From Candidatus Latescibacterota bacterium (GTDB taxonomy: Bacteria; Latescibacterota; UBA2968): a stretch of DNA of 64,000 nucleotides. The notes under the pieces were generated by a model. The model had not been told where the DNA came from. It was given only the letters and a program-made list of their open reading frames with translations, and did no database searches. This document shows positions 60,801 to 64,000 of this stretch, piece after piece (positions within the stretch are counted from its first letter, which is position 1; each line of letters starts with the position of its first letter). The position numbers were made by a program, and so were the translations under genes. The DNA lies in the NCBI GenBank assembly GCA_965204375.1, contig OZ241986.1, positions 5,920,001 to 5,984,000 of the forward strand, given 5' to 3'.

Positions 60801-61138
60801 TTCTGGTCGATCACATCAACAGATACCGAAAACAGGGACTTGTTCGCCGCGATGCCATTATTCGCGGAGGGCAAGATCGCCTGCGTCCGATTATGATGAC
60901 CGCCACAACCACCATTATTGGCCTGATGCCGCTGGTTATTCCGATGCTTTTTGGCCATGCCGAAGGTACAGCCCGCCGCTGGGGTCCCATTGGTCTGGTA
61001 GTAGTATCGGGGTTGTCCATTTCAACAATTCTGACGCTTGTTCTCCTGCCCACGATGTATTCCCTGATGGATGATCTCTCCCAATTTGCCAGGCGCGTTG
61101 TCGCAGTGGGATCGCGGATGAAACGGATTGAGGGATGA
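57854..61138 (+). CDS. RND efflux permease (AcrB/MdtBC-like)
   Basis: 'IERFITRPVEE', 'GMLVDPAVVALENI', 'SLFESYVHPLTIM', 'GIVVNNGIVLVD', 'RLRPIMMT'. Confidence 0.92.
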   Translation: MKLSRFAIFKPISTIMIALSLVVMGFISLFKLPLEYLPSVTFPVLFVSIRYPSSSPEEIERFITRPVEEILGTMPGIENMGSTSNESSSTIRLEFAMDADMDLVGIHLRDRLDQVRADLPEDVDYIGIKSFDTEDIPALEYTVSWLGEDPEDLFVVYNQRLLPRLQRLDGVASVELRGLQQKDLLVEVDQRAMTAHKLDFRTINRALRRNNINISAGYVTDGDRRFAVRSVGEFETVDQIRNLPVRRNLTLSDVASVTYDYPPARRFDRLDGIPSLYLSVHKSSTANMVDVCKRAREELARINEEVGKDKFRMLLVRDQSTDVIASITSLSQSAIMGGLLAVIAIFIFLRNFRSTLIIGSAIPISALTVFLIMYFLRQSGTDITLNLISMMGLMVAIGMLVDPAVVALENIFRKCFDEGQSATQAALEGSEEIGLPVLAATLTTVCVFVPVIFVTDSGTSLFMRQFSVTVVVSVIASFCVALSLIPLAASRAFNKGGQTLDRVLKSIFVLAASVGVGAYMYYTDFSKIDYAGLWDAFASTIAGLPLFAKIGFPAAMALTIFLYFRYRGIGARAFYARVVANTLHYRWATLSVACVLLFLGNHIYGKIEQAPFRYQPTRAIRLTVEMPRTYDLEQASNTFKIAEDMLIPMKEELDIEAIATKFNTGNRQGKRNALLTIYLTSAEESKLTTDEVQHRVIALLPKDIPGVRFRPRGGKSGGTAGVGVELKGRKQEILEVLAEDIEMSMQGMPGVHEIETSLETGMEEIRVVVNRERAQRYGISPRDIATNIASALGSRGASHFKTPDGEIDITVQLREEDRANLEQLKTTEFESDKGGMVTFSSLADFNLIQGPNAISREDRMPTLTVFASTEQKAVFSVGQIMKARMEDVPLPEGYTYQMDRRFKSMDAKRDQDFETMIFALILIYIIMASLFESYVHPLTIMFCIFFAFIGVALGLYTFKIAMDSNAKYGLLVLFGIVVNNGIVLVDHINRYRKQGLVRRDAIIRGGQDRLRPIMMTATTTIIGLMPLVIPMLFGHAEGTARRWGPIGLVVVSGLSISTILTLVLLPTMYSLMDDLSQFARRVVAVGSRMKRIEG

Positions 61139-61181
61139 CGCGGATTAAAAAACTGTTTTGTCTAATAAATTCGATGATGAT

Positions 61182-61511
61182 TCACAGCCCAATCTCCTCC
61201 TTGATCAGGGACCACGCCTTTCCTTTGCCAGCGTCCAATTCCCGTTCCGCCTCAGCAATGTCTTCTATGACTTCCGGCTCTAAATTGAGCAAAGCAGTTT
61301 CACGCCATTCAGCGAGAAAAGTCGAAAGCACTGCGGCATCTTTTTTCTTTTTTGATATCTGTGTTACCAGCGAGAGCAATTGCGCGAAAAACTCGACGAG
61401 TTCCTCGGTTTCCAACCACTTGAGCCAATCAAAGGATTTGGAAGTCGCAATAGATTTGACGAGTAATTGGTCATCCAAGAGGCGTCCAACGACAAGTTTG
61501 GGCTTTTTCAT
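61182..61511 (-). CDS. Hypothetical protein, antitoxin-like C-terminus
   Basis: 'LAEWRETALL..EPEVIEDIAEAERELDAGKGKAWSLIKEE' resembles the acidic tails of type II antitoxins. Confidence 0.55.
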   Translation of the reverse strand: MKKPKLVVGRLLDDQLLVKSIATSKSFDWLKWLETEELVEFFAQLLSLVTQISKKKKDAAVLSTFLAEWRETALLNLEPEVIEDIAEAERELDAGKGKAWSLIKEEIGL

Positions 61512-61560
61512 CTAAAACTCCGTGTAGCAGGGATATTGAGTTTCTGCAAATTATACACTG

Positions 61561-61881
61561 TCAAATTAAAGCCACATCGATAGTTTTCTCTTTTTTGTGG
61601 CTTAATTTTGGACGTACTCGGATTTCAATATGGTGATCCAGTTTTCCCAATAGCGAGAACAGGCAGTCGATGGTAAAACCCTTTAATCGACCGTTTCTCA
61701 GTTCCGCCATTTTGGATCGACTTATCCCCAAAAAATCCGCAGCTTTCTTTTGGCTCATTCTCTGATCGGCAATCAAGCGGTTGATCTTATATGCCAGCTT
61801 CGCTTTTGCCAATCTTTCATCGGAGGAAGGAAGCCCCAGATCCTTAAAAACGTTTCCCGAACTGCGGGTATAGTCTGCCAT
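61561..61881 (-). CDS. XRE-family HTH antitoxin (HigA-like)
   Basis: 'SSGNVFKDLG', 'SQKKAADFLGISRSKMAELRNG..GFTIDCL'. Confidence 0.88.
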   Translation of the reverse strand: MADYTRSSGNVFKDLGLPSSDERLAKAKLAYKINRLIADQRMSQKKAADFLGISRSKMAELRNGRLKGFTIDCLFSLLGKLDHHIEIRVRPKLSHKKEKTIDVALI

Positions 61882-61884
61882 GAT

Positions 61885-62250
61885 TTATTCTCCTTGTGCC
61901 AACTCTTGCGCTCTCTTTAATCTACTTCTGATGAGAGCGATTTCTCGTCTCGGTGTTCCGATGCCTCTTTTGGATTTCTTTTGAAAAGCGTGTAGCACAT
62001 AGATTACATCACCGATTTTGGTGGTGTACACCGCGCGATAGGTATTGCTTGCGTAATTACTTCGGATTTCCAGGACGCCCGAAAATCCTTTTAAAGGTCC
62101 GGCTTTCGGGTGTTTATCCCCAATTTGTGCGATATAGAGCGCATACCCCATTTCATCTTGAACATCTGCGGGAAATTTCTTCAGATCCTCGTGTGATGAA
62201 CGAATCCAAACTACAGATCTTATCCCGCGTTCTTGTCCGATCTCTCTCAT
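61885..62250 (-). CDS. RelE/HigB-like (Gp49/DUF891) toxin
   Basis: 'DLKKFPADVQDEMGYALYIAQIG', 'EIR...TYRAVY', 'YVLHAFQKKSK.GI.TP'; toxin-first gene order. Confidence 0.88.
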   Translation of the reverse strand: MREIGQERGIRSVVWIRSSHEDLKKFPADVQDEMGYALYIAQIGDKHPKAGPLKGFSGVLEIRSNYASNTYRAVYTTKIGDVIYVLHAFQKKSKRGIGTPRREIALIRSRLKRAQELAQGE

Positions 62251-62358
62251 CCCGAATCCTGTGCTTAACCCCTTTTTATTTTCATTCAAGTTGTGGCTTG
62301 GCGATAGATAATAAAAAATACAAAAAACGCTTAGCTACCCAAAAAGAAAACTCCACAG

Positions 62359-63999
62359 TTATAGTTGAATTTTTATTTCCTTCAGTTTCTGTTTCTGTTC
62401 CGATGGAATGTCTTGTTTTAGAAGCTTATCGATGAGTTCCTGTCCTGAAGCAACCCATGTATAGTTCGTGCATTCCCATAAATAAATCAACAACTTTGCT
62501 AACGCTTCAGGATGACGCTGTGATAGATCGCTTTTATTGAGTCTATCTATCTCCCAATAATTCTCCAATTGGACCTTTTGCATCTGGACTGCTAAATCAA
62601 CGGTTTCGGGAAATACCGCTGTTAAGTGCGGTAGCCAGTTAAGCATGGATACGATCTCACCAGACTCAAGAGCCGCTGGCACACCTTGTAAACGGTTTTT
62701 CCAATATTGCTTGAGCCAACGTTGCCACAATTCCTGTTGTGCGGCTTCATCCAGGTTCTGCAAACAGCGACTCAGGTTGAATACAAATTCCTGTCTGGCC
62801 TCAGGACTGTCCAATTGAAAAAGTGCGAGAATCCATTTATCAAAAGGGTCATCAACGAAATATACAAGCATTTCGGTGTAGTAATTGATAAACTGATCGC
62901 GCTGATCAGCGAGATCGCTGTCAACCAGCTCAACCGCCTTGAGGAAAAGATCAGCCATGACATCAGCTACAGCCGAATTGAGATGTCCCCCAGTGAGGAA
63001 GCCGTCCCATGCTGCTTGGAAATCACTATTTCCCGGATCAAAAAGCGGGAGCAAATTTTCCCGTGTCCATGCTTCATCAACATCCAGCAGGAAGGCAAAT
63101 CGGCCTGCGAGAATTGTCCGTCCACGTCTGCCGGGTAGCTTTTGGTCCTGTATGATGCCCGACAGTACCTGGTGATACTCATCACTGAGAGCCGTTGGCA
63201 CGGGGTCTTGCTGCTGTCGCCAGAGTACAAACCCCGATAGCCAAAAATTGATCAAGGTCTCCACCGGCGAGGTCTGATCAAGATGATGCCACAAATTCGA
63301 AGCAATTTTATTGGCCTGTGGGAGTAAGTTCAAGGCATAGGAAGTACCGCCATTCTTTACCAGCGCGTACAGTGCATCAGCGACCGCATTGTGATGTTCC
63401 GGATACAAAGTGCTCTTGCCGAGCCAGCGGAGCACCTTACTGTGCTTGTCTTCATCCAACTTCATCTCTGACCAGGATCTTATCAAGATTGACCAGAGAT
63501 CAACATTCCACTTTCCATCCCTGGCCAATGCGTCGGCCAATTCAATCCCCCAATCAAAATTTTGTTTTATTTCTTCTGCAACAACAACCAGGAGTCCTCT
63601 ACGGCTGGGACCATCCCATTTCTCACCTTGGAATGACAACAAATTGTCAAGCCAATCAACAGGCGGTTTTGCCAGTAATTCTTCAACAGTCCAGGGACTT
63701 TCTAAGGATACTGGGCCTGACTCAAACCAGTGTGTAAGGTCTGGATGTTCGCTTGGCTCGAACGAGTAATTTTCTAATACCTCATCCAGGGCCTGCTTGG
63801 CCAGGGGACAGTTAGGGTCTAATTTATGGAGCCAGTCAAACCAATCGAAATGATTACAGGCGGTGCGCCTTTCCCTTTCGGGGTCCTCATCGTTCCACCA
63901 GCGATATGTCCGCACATCTTTAATGAGGGCTTCTCGATGTTCCGAGCCAGCCTCGGGATAGACTCTCTTTACTGCTACGAATATTTCGTGGTGAACACA
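62359..63999 (-). CDS. C-terminal part of a DUF4020-containing protein (Dsr1-like SIR2-DUF4020 family), open to the right edge
   Basis: The frame stays open to the window end (CVHHEIFVAVKRVYP...). Trp-rich helical repeats 'EHPDLTHW', 'PWTVEELL', 'WTRENLLPLF', 'AWDGFL', 'WLKQYWKNR.QGVP'. The SIR2 domain itself is not visible. Confidence 0.65.
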   Translation of the reverse strand, partial: CVHHEIFVAVKRVYPEAGSEHREALIKDVRTYRWWNDEDPERERRTACNHFDWFDWLHKLDPNCPLAKQALDEVLENYSFEPSEHPDLTHWFESGPVSLESPWTVEELLAKPPVDWLDNLLSFQGEKWDGPSRRGLLVVVAEEIKQNFDWGIELADALARDGKWNVDLWSILIRSWSEMKLDEDKHSKVLRWLGKSTLYPEHHNAVADALYALVKNGGTSYALNLLPQANKIASNLWHHLDQTSPVETLINFWLSGFVLWRQQQDPVPTALSDEYHQVLSGIIQDQKLPGRRGRTILAGRFAFLLDVDEAWTRENLLPLFDPGNSDFQAAWDGFLTGGHLNSAVADVMADLFLKAVELVDSDLADQRDQFINYYTEMLVYFVDDPFDKWILALFQLDSPEARQEFVFNLSRCLQNLDEAAQQELWQRWLKQYWKNRLQGVPAALESGEIVSMLNWLPHLTAVFPETVDLAVQMQKVQLENYWEIDRLNKSDLSQRHPEALAKLLIYLWECTNYTWVASGQELIDKLLKQDIPSEQKQKLKEIKIQL

Positions 64000-64000
64000 C

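Overview
Bacterial chromosomal DNA from a diderm organism. TonB/ExbBD, an Omp85 remnant, a dockerin-like EF-hand protein and five sulfatases suggest a Latescibacterota/Gemmatimonadota-like lineage (inference only). Most genes are housekeeping or metabolic: copA, His6-type hisA, thiL, a short S1, guaB, exbB-exbD-exbD-tonB, nth, yifB/comM, sulfatases and an RND permease. The best candidate for an undescribed system is a translationally coupled four-gene operon with its own sigma70-type promoter (37654-46768). It encodes an unknown 285-aa protein, two different DUF2791/BrxD-like P-loop ATPases, and an 1888-aa protein that fuses an Lhr/BrxHI-like SF2 helicase to a 4-Cys RecB/Cas4-like nuclease and a Dna2/Upf1-like SF1 helicase. 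No BREX core genes are present in the window. Other notable items: (i) a promoter, 32-codon uORF and terminator upstream of guaB, arranged like an attenuator; (ii) a sigma54-type promoter with a dyad UAS ahead of an expanded pspA cluster containing three PspB-like paralogs, an ECF sigma factor, NfeD and flotillin; (iii) a TnpB-only IS200/IS605 element with readable ends (TTAT / TCAA) inside a decayed operon; (iv) heptamer tandem arrays that supply the stop codons of several genes; (v) a toxin-antitoxin plus DUF4020 (Dsr1-like) cluster at the right edge. No rRNA, tRNA or CRISPR array was seen. All family calls come from motif recognition by eye; no database search was run.
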